DNA from: Pseudorhodoplanes sp.
GTDB lineage: Bacteria; Pseudomonadota; Alphaproteobacteria; Rhizobiales; Xanthobacteraceae
NCBI GenBank assembly: GCA_008933495.1
Contig: WBUW01000001.1
Location: 1 to 33,116 of the forward strand
Direction: 5' to 3'
DNA length: 33,116 bases
Position 1 is the stretch's first letter. Every line of letters begins with the position of its first letter. The notes beneath the pieces were generated by a model. It ran no database searches, had not been told where the DNA came from, and worked only from the letters and a program-made list of their open reading frames with translations. Made by a program: the position numbers and the translations under genes. Of this stretch, positions 1 through 9,566 are shown piece after piece.

Positions 1-1
1 C

Positions 2-202
2 GGCGTGGGCGGCGTTGCTGACCGTCCGACGGTCCGCGACTGGCCGCAGTTGCCGATGGAAGAGATCGAGGATGCGGTGAACGACTTTGCTTGGGATTTG
101 GGCGGCAGCGACGATCTTCACGCGACCGCAGCTTACCGGCGGGAATTGGTGCGCCGGCTTGGACGTCGGGTCATTGAGGAGGCGGCACGATGCTCGAACT
201 GA
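2..202 (+). CDS. Xanthine dehydrogenase-family FAD-binding (CoxM/CutM-like) subunit, C-terminal part only (5' end outside window)
   Basis: C-terminal motif GGVADRP...DDLHATAAYRRELVRRLGRR typical of medium subunits; overlaps the 2Fe-2S subunit gene. Confidence 0.85.
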   Translation, partial: GVGGVADRPTVRDWPQLPMEEIEDAVNDFAWDLGGSDDLHATAAYRRELVRRLGRRVIEEAARCSN

Positions 203-696
203 AGGACAGCCAGCGTCACGCCATCGCATTCACCTTGGACGGCGAGACCGTGCGTGGCTTTGCCGAACCGCGAATGTTGCTGAGCGATTTTCTGCGCCAC
301 GAGCTCGGTCGCTCAGAGGTTCATGTTGGGTGCGAGCAGGGCGTCTGCGGCACGTGCACGATCCTGTTGGATGGTCGTCCGGTGCGAAGCTGCCTGATTT
401 TCGCCGTCCAGGTCGCCGGGCGGGTGGTGGATACGGTCCGCAGCCTGGCCGATGCCGACGGAAATCTCAACGACCTGCAGCAATCCTTCCGCAGACACCA
501 TGGACTGCAATGCGGCTATTGCACGCCGGGCATCCTCGTCTCCACCGAGGCCTATCTGCAGAAGAACCAGCAGCCCTCTGAATCGGAGGTGCGCGAAATG
601 CTGAGCGGCCATATTTGCCGCTGTACGGGTTATGCCGGGATGGTGGACGCCATTGTGGAGACGGCGAAAAAACGCGCCGGCTTGGACAAGTCATGA
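190..696 (+). CDS. Xanthine dehydrogenase-family 2x[2Fe-2S] small subunit (CoxS/CutS-like)
   Basis: GCEQGVCGTC...SC and QCGYCTPG...ICRCTGY cysteine motifs; GAGGAGG SD-like sequence upstream. Confidence 0.93.
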   Translation: MLELKDSQRHAIAFTLDGETVRGFAEPRMLLSDFLRHELGRSEVHVGCEQGVCGTCTILLDGRPVRSCLIFAVQVAGRVVDTVRSLADADGNLNDLQQSFRRHHGLQCGYCTPGILVSTEAYLQKNQQPSESEVREMLSGHICRCTGYAGMVDAIVETAKKRAGLDKS

Positions 697-995
697 ACAT
701 GAGCAGGTCAACGATTCATTCCGTGGCGGCATGCTGCTTTGGGAGGCCGCCGCTGCTGGCGGCACCCCATTGTGTTCTCTCTGGCGCTCGGTCGCGACGG
801 TCTGCGTGTCGGCGATTCAAAACCGGCCTGGGTCGACGGGAATTTTCGCTGCCATCCTGGTTCGGCGGCGTAAGTAAATAGATGTGAAATATCATCTTGA
901 TTTCAATATAGCTGCATGGTTTTGTTGAGAAAAATGGCGCAATCTGGCTCCGCTTTGGGCGGAACCGGGCGTGCGAATGACAAGTCCGGAAGCCG

Positions 996-1688
996 ATGAC
1001 TGACCATTCTCTCGTATTCCGCGCTCACCGCGGTAACCGCGTGGAAAACCGCTCAATCTCCGTCGATTCCGCAATTATTGCCGGCTGGACGGGGCGCGAT
1101 CCTGTCGCCCGCGAAAAGCATATCGCTGAGCTCGAGGCGCTTGGCGTTGCCCGCCCCGCTTCTACGCCAATCTATTATCGCGTCTCCAGGACGCTGCTGA
1201 CCACGGCGGATCGTATCGAGGTGGTCGGCGAGAATTCAAGCGGCGAAGTCGAGTTTGTGTTAATTTGCGACGGCGGCCGGTTGTGGCTGGGGGCCGGCTC
1301 TGATCACACTGATCGCAAAGTGGAAACCTACAATATCACCGTATCCAAGCAGCTTTGCGAAAAGCCGATGGCGCCCGACCTCTGGGATTTCGAGGAGGTT
1401 GCGGGGCATTTTGATTCGCTGCAACTGCGCTCTTGGATCCAGGAAGACGGCGAGCAGCGCCTCTATCAGGAAGGTTCGGTCGCGGCCATTCTTTCACCCG
1501 ACGCAATCATTGCGGGATACAATCCGGGCGGCGAGTTACACGAAGGATCTGCGATGTTCTGCGGAACACTGGCTGCGAAAGGCGTTATTCGCCCTTCCCG
1601 GCGGTTTTCGTTCGAGCTGTCTGACCCGGTTCTTGGGCGGCGAATCGCGCATTCCTACGATGTGGTTGCGCTGCCGATTGTCAGTTAA
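996..1688 (+). CDS. DUF2848 family protein (FAH-like fold)
   Basis: IAGWTGRD...HIAELEALGV, SSGEVE, GSDHTDR, SKQLC motifs recalled for DUF2848. Confidence 0.8.
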   Translation: MTDHSLVFRAHRGNRVENRSISVDSAIIAGWTGRDPVAREKHIAELEALGVARPASTPIYYRVSRTLLTTADRIEVVGENSSGEVEFVLICDGGRLWLGAGSDHTDRKVETYNITVSKQLCEKPMAPDLWDFEEVAGHFDSLQLRSWIQEDGEQRLYQEGSVAAILSPDAIIAGYNPGGELHEGSAMFCGTLAAKGVIRPSRRFSFELSDPVLGRRIAHSYDVVALPIVS

Positions 1689-1697
1689 GGACAGAGA

Positions 1698-2396
1698 ATG
1701 AAGAAGCGGTCGGCATCAAGGCGGAGTGGCTCCGGCGCTGATCGCAAACCGGCGGGCGCGCGGCGCGGGGAATCGCTGCTTGATACAGCCTATAATGAAA
1801 TCAAGCTGCGCATCATCACCTGTCGCTATCGCCCCGGCGAAGTGCTGAGCGAAGCCGCGATATCCGAAGAATTGAAGATTGGCCGGACGCCGATCCATCA
1901 GGCGATCCATAGGCTGATGATGGACGATCTGGTTTCCATTCTGCCGCGTAAGGGCGTTATGGTGCGCCCGGTCAGCCTTGACGAAGCGATGGAAATAATC
2001 GGCGTGCGTTTGGTGACCGAGGGTTATTGCGCGCGGCTTGCCGCCGAGCGTGCCGACGATACCGAGCTTCAGCGGCTGCGGGAAATCCTGGATGAGTCGG
2101 AGGAAGCAGCCGAAACCCGCGACGTTGAACAGCTCATGTTGTTGGACCGGGAGTTCCACGACACTCTGGCGCGTTCGGCACGAAATAAAGTGTTGGCGGA
2201 CACCCTGCGCAACCTGCACGAGCGATCGCTGCGATTTTGGTTCATTTCGCTGCGCGATCCCGATCACCATCGCCGGGTGCTGACTCAGCATCGCGCCATC
2301 GTTGATGCGCTGCAGAGCCGCAAGCCGGAGGCGGCCGAGTTCGCTATGCGCGAGCACATCAATGCGTTTCAGCGCAACGTCACCCAACAGGTCTGA
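1698..2396 (+). CDS. GntR/FadR (FCD) transcriptional regulator
   Basis: wHTH 'LSEAAISEELKIGRTPIHQAIHRL' plus FCD 'DREFH...H..I..AL...AM.EHI'. Confidence 0.92.
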   Translation: MKKRSASRRSGSGADRKPAGARRGESLLDTAYNEIKLRIITCRYRPGEVLSEAAISEELKIGRTPIHQAIHRLMMDDLVSILPRKGVMVRPVSLDEAMEIIGVRLVTEGYCARLAAERADDTELQRLREILDESEEAAETRDVEQLMLLDREFHDTLARSARNKVLADTLRNLHERSLRFWFISLRDPDHHRRVLTQHRAIVDALQSRKPEAAEFAMREHINAFQRNVTQQV

Positions 2397-2416
2397 GTAA
2401 AAGGAGTTCGTCGCCC

Positions 2417-2791
2417 GTGAAGAATCCAAAATTGCACGACGAGTTCAGGACCATCGACATGACGGCCGGCTGGGAAACTCCGCCCGGTTACCCTGCGGGA
2501 ATTCAGCAGAAAATCCTGTCGGGGTCGCTCGACGAACAGGCCAAGAGCGGCAACCGTTCGCGTTTGCTTCGCTTCGCGCCCGGTGTTTATACGATCAAGC
2601 CATTTGTTCATGGCTATTGGGAAGAAGTTTTCCTGGTCTCTGGCGATCTGATCGTCGGCAATGACGAAAACGGCGACGGCGGCGAAAGCTTTCGGCCGCT
2701 GACCTACGCCTGCCGTCCGCCCGGCGTTCATCATGGCCCGTTTAAGTCGATCGGCGGCTGCGTGCTATTCGAAATACACTATTATGTCTGA
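2417..2791 (+). CDS. Cupin-domain (ChrR-like) protein
   Basis: H-x-x-x-E-E-V and 'RPPGVHHGPF' cupin motifs; AAGGAG SD before GTG start. Confidence 0.8.
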   Translation: MKNPKLHDEFRTIDMTAGWETPPGYPAGIQQKILSGSLDEQAKSGNRSRLLRFAPGVYTIKPFVHGYWEEVFLVSGDLIVGNDENGDGGESFRPLTYACRPPGVHHGPFKSIGGCVLFEIHYYV

Positions 2792-2871
2792 GCGCACGGA
2801 ACGGCAGAACGCGAGGTTCGCAAGAGGTGACGCGGAGCCCGGTCTCGCAGGCGGTGGGTTGTCGATAACCC

Positions 2872-4224
2872 ATGCGTAGAATCGAAGCGGCGCTTGAAGC
2901 ACTCGAAGCAGGAAAGCTCAGCAGTCGGGCTCTCGTCGATGCATGCTTGGAGCGGGCCGCTTCGGCTCACGGCGAGGGATCGCGCGTTTTTATCCGGCTT
3001 CTGGCAGATTCGGCGCTCGCGGAGGCGGATGCGATTGACCGCCGGCGTCAGGCCGGCATCTGGACCGGGCCGCTTGGTGGAATTCCGATCTCAGTCAAGG
3101 ACCTGTTTGATATACGCGGACTGCCGACTACGGCCGGGTCGGTTGTGTTGTCGGACGCTGCCCCCGCTTTCGCGGACGCCGTGGTGGTTCACCGCCTGCG
3201 TGCGGCCGGCGCGGTGATCGTCGGGCGAACGAACATGACAGAGTTTGCGTTTTCTGGATTGGGTCTCAATCCGCATTACGGGACACCCGCCAATCCGTTC
3301 GACCGAAAGTCGCGTAGAATCCCGGGGGGCTCCTCATCGGGCGCTGCCGTTTCCGTTGCCGATGAAATGGCGTTTGGCGCTATCGGCACCGACACGGGCG
3401 GGTCGGTCCGCATCCCGGCGGCCCTGTGTGGGTTGGTGGGATTCAAGCCGACGGCGCGGCGCATACCGCAACTGGGTGCACTGCCGCTATCGCGGTCGCT
3501 CGATTCGATTGGACCGCTGGCCTCGAGCGTCCGTTGCTGCCGAATTCTCGACCGCGTGCTGAGTGGTGATGCCGGCACTGATATGCCGGTTGCTCCGGTG
3601 CAAGGGTTGCGTCTTGCGGTTCCGACGACGCGCGCGCTGGACGATGTCGACACGCAGGTCGCCCGTGCGTTCGAATTGGCCTTGGATCGGCTCCGGAGAG
3701 CGGGAGCGCAGATCACCGAAATCGCCGTTCCCGAGTTTGCCGAAATCGGCAGTACGGCCAGCAGGGCGACATTTCCGGCAGTCGAATCCTATGCATGGCA
3801 TCGCGAACTGTTAATGCACGCCAAGCATCGTTACGATCCGCGGGTTGCCGTCCGGATCTTACGTGGAGAAAACATCAGCGCCGCCGACTATCTGTGGCTG
3901 CTGGAGAAGCGCGACGAGCTGATCAGGTCGGTCCGGGTTCGCACCGAAGCCTTCGATGCCGTGGTGATGCCAACTGTTCCGGTGATCGCTCCGGCAATCG
4001 CCGATCTTGAGGACGATGAAGACCGTTATCACACCGCCAACCTTCTAATGCTACGCAATCCGACCTTCATCAATTTTCTCGACGGATGTGCGATAAGCAT
4101 TCCCTGTCACGTAACCGGAGAGGCGCCTGTTGGACTGATGCTCGCCCGTTTCGACCATGCCGATCAGACGCTGCTTGCAATCGGTGAGGCGATCGAAGAA
4201 TTGCTGGCGGAAGCGGCGCGATGA
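2872..4224 (+). CDS. Amidase signature family enzyme
   Basis: VKDLFD (Lys), GGSSSGAA, GTDTGGSVRIPA (Ser-cisSer-Lys triad). Confidence 0.93.
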   Translation: MRRIEAALEALEAGKLSSRALVDACLERAASAHGEGSRVFIRLLADSALAEADAIDRRRQAGIWTGPLGGIPISVKDLFDIRGLPTTAGSVVLSDAAPAFADAVVVHRLRAAGAVIVGRTNMTEFAFSGLGLNPHYGTPANPFDRKSRRIPGGSSSGAAVSVADEMAFGAIGTDTGGSVRIPAALCGLVGFKPTARRIPQLGALPLSRSLDSIGPLASSVRCCRILDRVLSGDAGTDMPVAPVQGLRLAVPTTRALDDVDTQVARAFELALDRLRRAGAQITEIAVPEFAEIGSTASRATFPAVESYAWHRELLMHAKHRYDPRVAVRILRGENISAADYLWLLEKRDELIRSVRVRTEAFDAVVMPTVPVIAPAIADLEDDEDRYHTANLLMLRNPTFINFLDGCAISIPCHVTGEAPVGLMLARFDHADQTLLAIGEAIEELLAEAAR

Positions 4225-4239
4225 TCTTCGTTGCTGAAT

Positions 4240-5067
4240 TCAGTTTTGGTCTGCGGTGACTGAACGGTCGTCAGGTTGCAGGCGAAATAGCGGCTTGCAG
4301 AAGGCGGCGATCGCCGCGACGGTCTGCACCAATTTCTCGCGATGAGGGATGTGCCCGCAATTTGGCATCAGCAGCGTCTTCGGCGCGCCACGAAGCAGTT
4401 GTTCGGCCATGCGCACTTGCTTATGCGTGCCGTATCGGTCGTCGTCACCACGAATGATTAAAGTTGGAATGCGAATGTTTGACAGTTCTGCCGTCATATC
4501 GAAGGCGGGAAACCGCGGATCGAGCCAGACATTGTTCCATCTCAGAAATGCCGCATCGACGTCGGCATGATAGCGGGCGAGCCGTCGGCGAAGGCCGCCA
4601 CCTTCGAATGCTGCTTTGGCATGTCTGATCTCAGCTAGCGTCTCCTCCTCGACGCAAAAGTGCGGCGCCATTAATACCAGGCCGCGGACCCGCGGATCGT
4701 CGACATTTCCGGCGTAGGCGGCAGCCATTGAGGCGCCATCGCTATGTCCCAGCAATATCCCCGTTTTGAACCCGATCTCGTCAAGAATGTGCGGCAGCAC
4801 GTCCAGCGCATGCCGTCTGATATAATCCACCGGCAATTCGTGCCGGGCGAGCGGGGATGAGCCGTATCCATCGCGGGAATAGGCGAATGCGCTTGCGCCC
4901 GTAGCCTCAGAAAGCAGCCGAGGAAATTCGCCCCACGTGCGAGCCGAGCCGAGCCCTTCATGCAGCATAATGATCATTGGAGCGCCGACCGGCTTCCCGT
5001 CGATCAGCTGGTATTCGAGCCGCATGTCTCCGATCGATAGATAGCCCTCATTGACCAGTGTCTGCAC
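4240..5067 (-). CDS. Alpha/beta-fold hydrolase
   Basis: LHEGLGS oxyanion loop, GHSDGAS nucleophile elbow, C-terminal GHIPH; GTG start at 5067 preferred over the ORF-track start. Confidence 0.88.
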   Translation of the reverse strand: MQTLVNEGYLSIGDMRLEYQLIDGKPVGAPMIIMLHEGLGSARTWGEFPRLLSEATGASAFAYSRDGYGSSPLARHELPVDYIRRHALDVLPHILDEIGFKTGILLGHSDGASMAAAYAGNVDDPRVRGLVLMAPHFCVEEETLAEIRHAKAAFEGGGLRRRLARYHADVDAAFLRWNNVWLDPRFPAFDMTAELSNIRIPTLIIRGDDDRYGTHKQVRMAEQLLRGAPKTLLMPNCGHIPHREKLVQTVAAIAAFCKPLFRLQPDDRSVTADQN

Positions 5068-5848
5068 GCCTCGTTCCTTTTGCTTGTTGGCCGGGTCCGC
5101 GACCGGCGAGCATGGCATCGGAAGGATGATAGCTGATGAACGGCACCAGGCCTCGATAAGAAAAGAGCGGCGCGTTCGGATTGAAGCTGGCCGGATTTTC
5201 AACGAAGCGAATCAGGGCCTTCAGCATGAACTCAGTGACGTCGACGATCAGCATATCTCTTAGAACATCATCCGCCGGATAGAAGTCGAGATCAGAAAGC
5301 TCTCCTGAGCCCCCGAGTTGTCCGTGCAGCAGGCCGGCGTGAGCGATAAAAAAGCGGGCATTGAACCGGATCGGACTAACTGGCGAAGTGATCGCGCGTC
5401 CGAAATATCCGAGATGACGAAGATCCGGTGCAAGTCCGCGCGCTTTCCAGTAAGTCCAGTCCGGATGTTCGCCAACGCCGACGTCTCCGCTCTCGGCCAA
5501 TAGTAATCCGGTCTCCTCAAAGGTTTCGCGCACCGCCGTGATGGCTAAGGCCTGTGCTTTCTTCGTATCGCCGCGTACCCCCATTCCGGAAACCAGGCTC
5601 GGATTGAGCGGCGTTGCTGCGCGCACCTGATGGTCTGCTGGATCGAGTCGGCCACCAGGAAATACGTAAAAGTCGGGTACAAAGGCGGCGCGGCTTGAGC
5701 GGCGTCCCATAAGCACTTCGACGCCGCTAAGGCCCTTGCGCCAGATTATGAGCGTCGCCGCGTCGCGCGGTTTGACCGGTCTTGTCCCGGATTCGATTTG
5801 TCCGTGTCCCGACGGGCGGGAATGCAAGTACCTAGTTGATGTCCGCAT
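5048..5848 (-). CDS. NUDIX hydrolase (long-insert, NUDT19-like subgroup)
   Basis: PRDAATLI, VFPGGRLD...AVRETFEETG split Nudix box, RFNARFF; start at ATG 5848 is a best guess. Confidence 0.85.
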   Translation of the reverse strand: MRTSTRYLHSRPSGHGQIESGTRPVKPRDAATLIIWRKGLSGVEVLMGRRSSRAAFVPDFYVFPGGRLDPADHQVRAATPLNPSLVSGMGVRGDTKKAQALAITAVRETFEETGLLLAESGDVGVGEHPDWTYWKARGLAPDLRHLGYFGRAITSPVSPIRFNARFFIAHAGLLHGQLGGSGELSDLDFYPADDVLRDMLIVDVTEFMLKALIRFVENPASFNPNAPLFSYRGLVPFISYHPSDAMLAGRGPGQQAKGTRRADTGQ

Positions 5849-6418
5849 AATCGGCAAAGGTGGCAAGGCAACAGGCCATAGAAGCACGCTCAGTGCGATA
5901 CCATTTGTGCAGTGTTTGGCCAATGAACTTTCCCGTCGGAAACCACGTGCTCGTACCCGACCACGTCAGAAATTCGCCATGAACTGACCTGCCGGATGTC
6001 AACAATGACAGGATCCGCATTGGCACCGGCTGCATCTTGTCTCGTTTCCTCTCCGCCCCGGATCGGGTTCGAACCGTCACGCCCGAGCAATCGGGTCCGA
6101 CCATGCGCAACATTGACTGTGAACGCCGCCAGGGGAATGTTGGAGGGTGAACTTCCGCTGGCATACAGGCGTTTGATTTGATGTAGACGATCTGGTGCGT
6201 TCCGACTCAAGCAGATGACGCCACCGATGGCTCGATTCAATCCGAGTTTCATCGCTCAAGTCCCGAAGGCTATCGAAGGTATTGCAGCCTGCCTGTGAGG
6301 TGAATGCCGATCCTGAGGCGCGCATCTGTGATTTGCGCATAGCACATAATTAACATGTAAATAATAGGTTTTTCTGTTGTCATTATCAATGACGTGCGCC
6401 GGGTTGACCTGTTGAAGC

Positions 6419-6945
6419 TGACGTGGCCCCCGGATTTGGGACTGGTTGCCTGATTGGATTCGGAAACCGCTCCGTAGCAGCAGACGGGGGCGCTTTCGTT
6501 CCGCCGCCTGTGCAAGCTGCTCGGCATTGCGCGCCGCGGCGTCTACCGGGCGCCGCGGGCGGCCAATGACAACGATCGGGCCTTGAGCAGCGGATCGATG
6601 AATTGCTCACCGGCTGGACGTTTGTGGGCTCGCGTCGGACGAGCGGCGGTGCTGCATGGGCATCACCGCGCCCGGACCGAAGCCGCGCGCGGCCAGGCCC
6701 GCGCCGGAATACAAGATGTTCCCAAACCTCTTACGCGGGCTTGCTGTCGAGCGGCCAAACCAGCCGTGATGCGCCGAAATCACCCGCATCCCGATCGGGC
6801 GGGGATTTCCTCTATTTCGTTGCGATCACGGACCAGGCGATCCGGACGGCGCCAGCGTGGCGGCTGTCCAGTTTCATGGACATCCCGTTCCGCGTTGCGG
6901 CGCTGCAGAACGCGCCGGCGCACGTTGGCAGCCGCGAAACTTTAA
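6419..6945 (+). mobile_element. Degenerate IS3-family element (orfB transposase fragments; frameshifts, internal stop, deletions)
   Basis: Pieces across frames read LSFRRLCKLLGIARRGVYRAPRAANDND / RIDELLTGWTFVGSRR / MGITAPGPKP...YKMFPNLLRGLAVERPNQP*CAEITRIPIGRG / FLYFVAITDQAIRTAPAWRLSSFMD, matching IS3 OrfB HTH_21 and rve N-terminus; possible IRL TGACGTGGCCCCCGGATTT at 6419. Confidence 0.85.
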
Positions 6946-6953
6946 AAATAAAC

Positions 6954-8486
6954 TCACATCCGTTCCGGCAATTCCCGCAATTGCCTCTTGTCCACCTTGC
7001 CAACCGTTGTCTTCGGGAGCGACGTGACGATGCGGATTTCGCGCGGAACCTTGTAATGCGCGAGCCGCCCGGCGAGATAGGCGCGCAGGTCTTCGGGTCG
7101 CGGCGGCGACCCGGCGGGAACGACGAAGCCGACCAACGCCTCGCCACGATAGGAATCCGCAACGCCGACAACGGCGGCCTCCAGCACGGCGGGATTGGCA
7201 TAAAGAGCCTCCTCGATCTCGCGCGGATAGACGTTGAATCCGCTGACGATCACCATGTCCTTCTTGCGGTCGCGGATAAAGAGATAACCGTCGGCGTCCA
7301 GCTCGCCGATGTCTCCGGTATGCAGCCAGCCGTCGCGCAGCGCCTCGTTGGTCTCCTGCGCGAGGCCGCGATAGCCGCGCATGATCTGCGGTCCGCGCGC
7401 GCGTATCTCGCCCGCCTCGCCGACCCCGAGCACGCGCGTGCCGGTCGCGGTATCGACAATCGCGATGTCGGTTGCGGGGACCGCAATGCCGACCGAACCT
7501 GCTTTGCGCCGGCCGTAGCGGGGATTGAAGGTGAGCACCGGTCCGGCTTCGCTCTGACCATAACCCTCGCAGATCGGGCATCCCGTGGCGGCTTCCCAGC
7601 GTCGCAGCGTCTCCTCTGAAAGCGCCGAGGCGCCTGAGAAACACAGCCGCAGCGCGGTCAGGTCCGTTGCACCGAAGCGTTCATGCGCCATCAGCCCGGT
7701 GTAGATCGTTGGGCTGCCCGACAACAGCGTGATCCGGTCGCGCTCGATCGCGGCGAGCACAAGCTCGGGCCGATAGCGCGGCAGGATGAACAATGCTCCG
7801 CGGCAATAGGCGGCGAGATAGAGCCCCATCGCCACGGCATAGACGTGAAACAGCGGGGTGATGGCGAGAATCCGCTCGCGCTCGGGTTCGGTCGGAAGCA
7901 GCGCTTCGCGTTGCGCGACGTTGATCGACACGCAGCGATGCGTGAGATTGGCGCCTTTCGGCCGGCCGGTGGTGCCGCCGGTATATTGCAGGGTGGACAG
8001 CGAATCCGGGTCGGGCAGAAGGATGGCGCGGGCAAGATCGGTATGCGTGCGCCATTCGGTGAACCGCCGCGCGTGCGGGCCGACGGCTATCCGGTGGGGT
8101 AGGGCGATGCGCTGCGCGAGCTCTGCGACTGTGTCCGCGATGGTGGCGTCATGGATGAGGATCGTGGGCGCGGCATTCTCGAGTATCGGCGCAAGCTCGT
8201 GGCTGGTATAAGCCGGATTCAGCGGAACGACCTGGGCGCCGGCCGATTGGACGGCGAATGTCGCCACGGCGATATCGATCGAATTGGCCATCAGCAGAGC
8301 GACTCGGCCGCCGGTCGCGCCGAGCGCGCCAAGCTCGCGGGCGAGCCCGGCGACGCAGGCCGCATATTCGGCATAGGTCAGCCCTTCATCCTCGCAAACC
8401 AGTGCGGTGGCGTCCGGGCTGCGGATCGCGGCGTCGTGCAGCATGTGCACCACGGTTTCGTGCACGAACGGTATCGCTTCTGCCAT
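6954..8486 (-). CDS. AMP-forming acyl/aryl-CoA ligase (long-chain fatty-acid-CoA ligase-like)
   Basis: YTGGTTGRPKG P-loop, EGYGQSE, LHTGD, DRKKDM, LPKTTVGK. Confidence 0.93.
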   Translation of the reverse strand: MAEAIPFVHETVVHMLHDAAIRSPDATALVCEDEGLTYAEYAACVAGLARELGALGATGGRVALLMANSIDIAVATFAVQSAGAQVVPLNPAYTSHELAPILENAAPTILIHDATIADTVAELAQRIALPHRIAVGPHARRFTEWRTHTDLARAILLPDPDSLSTLQYTGGTTGRPKGANLTHRCVSINVAQREALLPTEPERERILAITPLFHVYAVAMGLYLAAYCRGALFILPRYRPELVLAAIERDRITLLSGSPTIYTGLMAHERFGATDLTALRLCFSGASALSEETLRRWEAATGCPICEGYGQSEAGPVLTFNPRYGRRKAGSVGIAVPATDIAIVDTATGTRVLGVGEAGEIRARGPQIMRGYRGLAQETNEALRDGWLHTGDIGELDADGYLFIRDRKKDMVIVSGFNVYPREIEEALYANPAVLEAAVVGVADSYRGEALVGFVVPAGSPPRPEDLRAYLAGRLAHYKVPREIRIVTSLPKTTVGKVDKRQLRELPERM

Positions 8487-8822
8487 GTCATGCCTCCTGT
8501 CCCGGCCTGTCAGGACAAGGCGTCAAGGAGCCGGCGGACAGCGCGACAGCCGCATGCCGGACCGGCGGCCTCTCCGCACGTGCAAAGGCCGGCCGCTTGC
8601 GGGCACTGTCGGCGCCGTAAACAGATCAATAAATTATGGCCAGCAATTTCCAAACCAATTTGCTTTCGGTCAATTAAGTGAGACGGCGGCCATCGATAAT
8701 TTTTTAACCCGCTTATCGGCAGCGCACCGGCCGCCGGATCAGCGGCGGTGAGCTGCGCCAATCCGCTCCTGCATCAAATTGACCATCGCCTTCCGAAGAC
8801 AATGGCTCGATCGCAGCGCGGC

Positions 8823-9566
8823 TCATGCCGTGTTGCGTTCGAAACGTCCCGACAAGCCAAGATAGGTCTGCGCTACGCGCGGATTGGCGGCGAGCGCGCA
8901 CGCGGTGCCTTCGAGAACGACCTCGCCGGTCTCCAGCACGTAGCCGTAATCGGCAACCTGCAACGCGGCGCGCGCGTTCTGCTCGACGAGCAGAATCGAT
9001 ACGCCGGAGCGTTTGAGATCGGCAATGACGTGAAACGTGTCGCGCACGATGCGCGGCGCGAGTCCGAGGCTGGGCTCGTCCAGCATCAGCAGCTGCGGCT
9101 TGGCCATCAACGCCCGGCCGAGGGCAAGCATCTGACGCTCGCCTCCCGACAGCGTGCCGGCAAGCTGGGTGCGCCGTTCCAGCAGGCGCGGAAAGCGCTG
9201 ATAGACGCCGTCCAGGTCGGAACGGATGGTTTGCGTCGCCTTGCCGATGCGCGGAAATGCCCCCAGCAACAGGTTGTCCTCTACCCGCAGGCCGCCAAAC
9301 AGCTCGCGCCGCTCCGGCACGAGGCAGAGCCCCCGCGCAACCCGCATCTCGGTCGTGCAGCCGGACATGTCGCCGCCGTCGTAGATCACCGTGCCGCGTC
9401 CCGCCAGCAATCCCATCAGGACCGCAAGCAGCGTGGTCTTGCCTGCGCCGTTTGGTCCGATCACGGTGACGATCTTGCCGCGAGGAACCTCGATATCAAC
9501 CCCATGCAACGCCTCCACCTTGCCGTAGGCGGCGCTGAGCCCTCGCACATCAAGCAACGAGCTCAT
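8823..9566 (-). CDS. Liv-type ABC transporter ATP-binding protein (LivF-like)
   Basis: [28 protein letters not shown]. Confidence 0.95.
   Translation of the reverse strand: MSSLLDVRGLSAAYGKVEALHGVDIEVPRGKIVTVIGPNGAGKTTLLAVLMGLLAGRGTVIYDGGDMSGCTTEMRVARGLCLVPERRELFGGLRVEDNLLLGAFPRIGKATQTIRSDLDGVYQRFPRLLERRTQLAGTLSGGERQMLALGRALMAKPQLLMLDEPSLGLAPRIVRDTFHVIADLKRSGVSILLVEQNARAALQVADYGYVLETGEVVLEGTACALAANPRVAQTYLGLSGRFERNTA

Noticed and set aside
5850-6340. Short ORFs upstream of the NUDIX gene
   Set aside because: No motifs, atypical composition and no clear RBS; left unannotated
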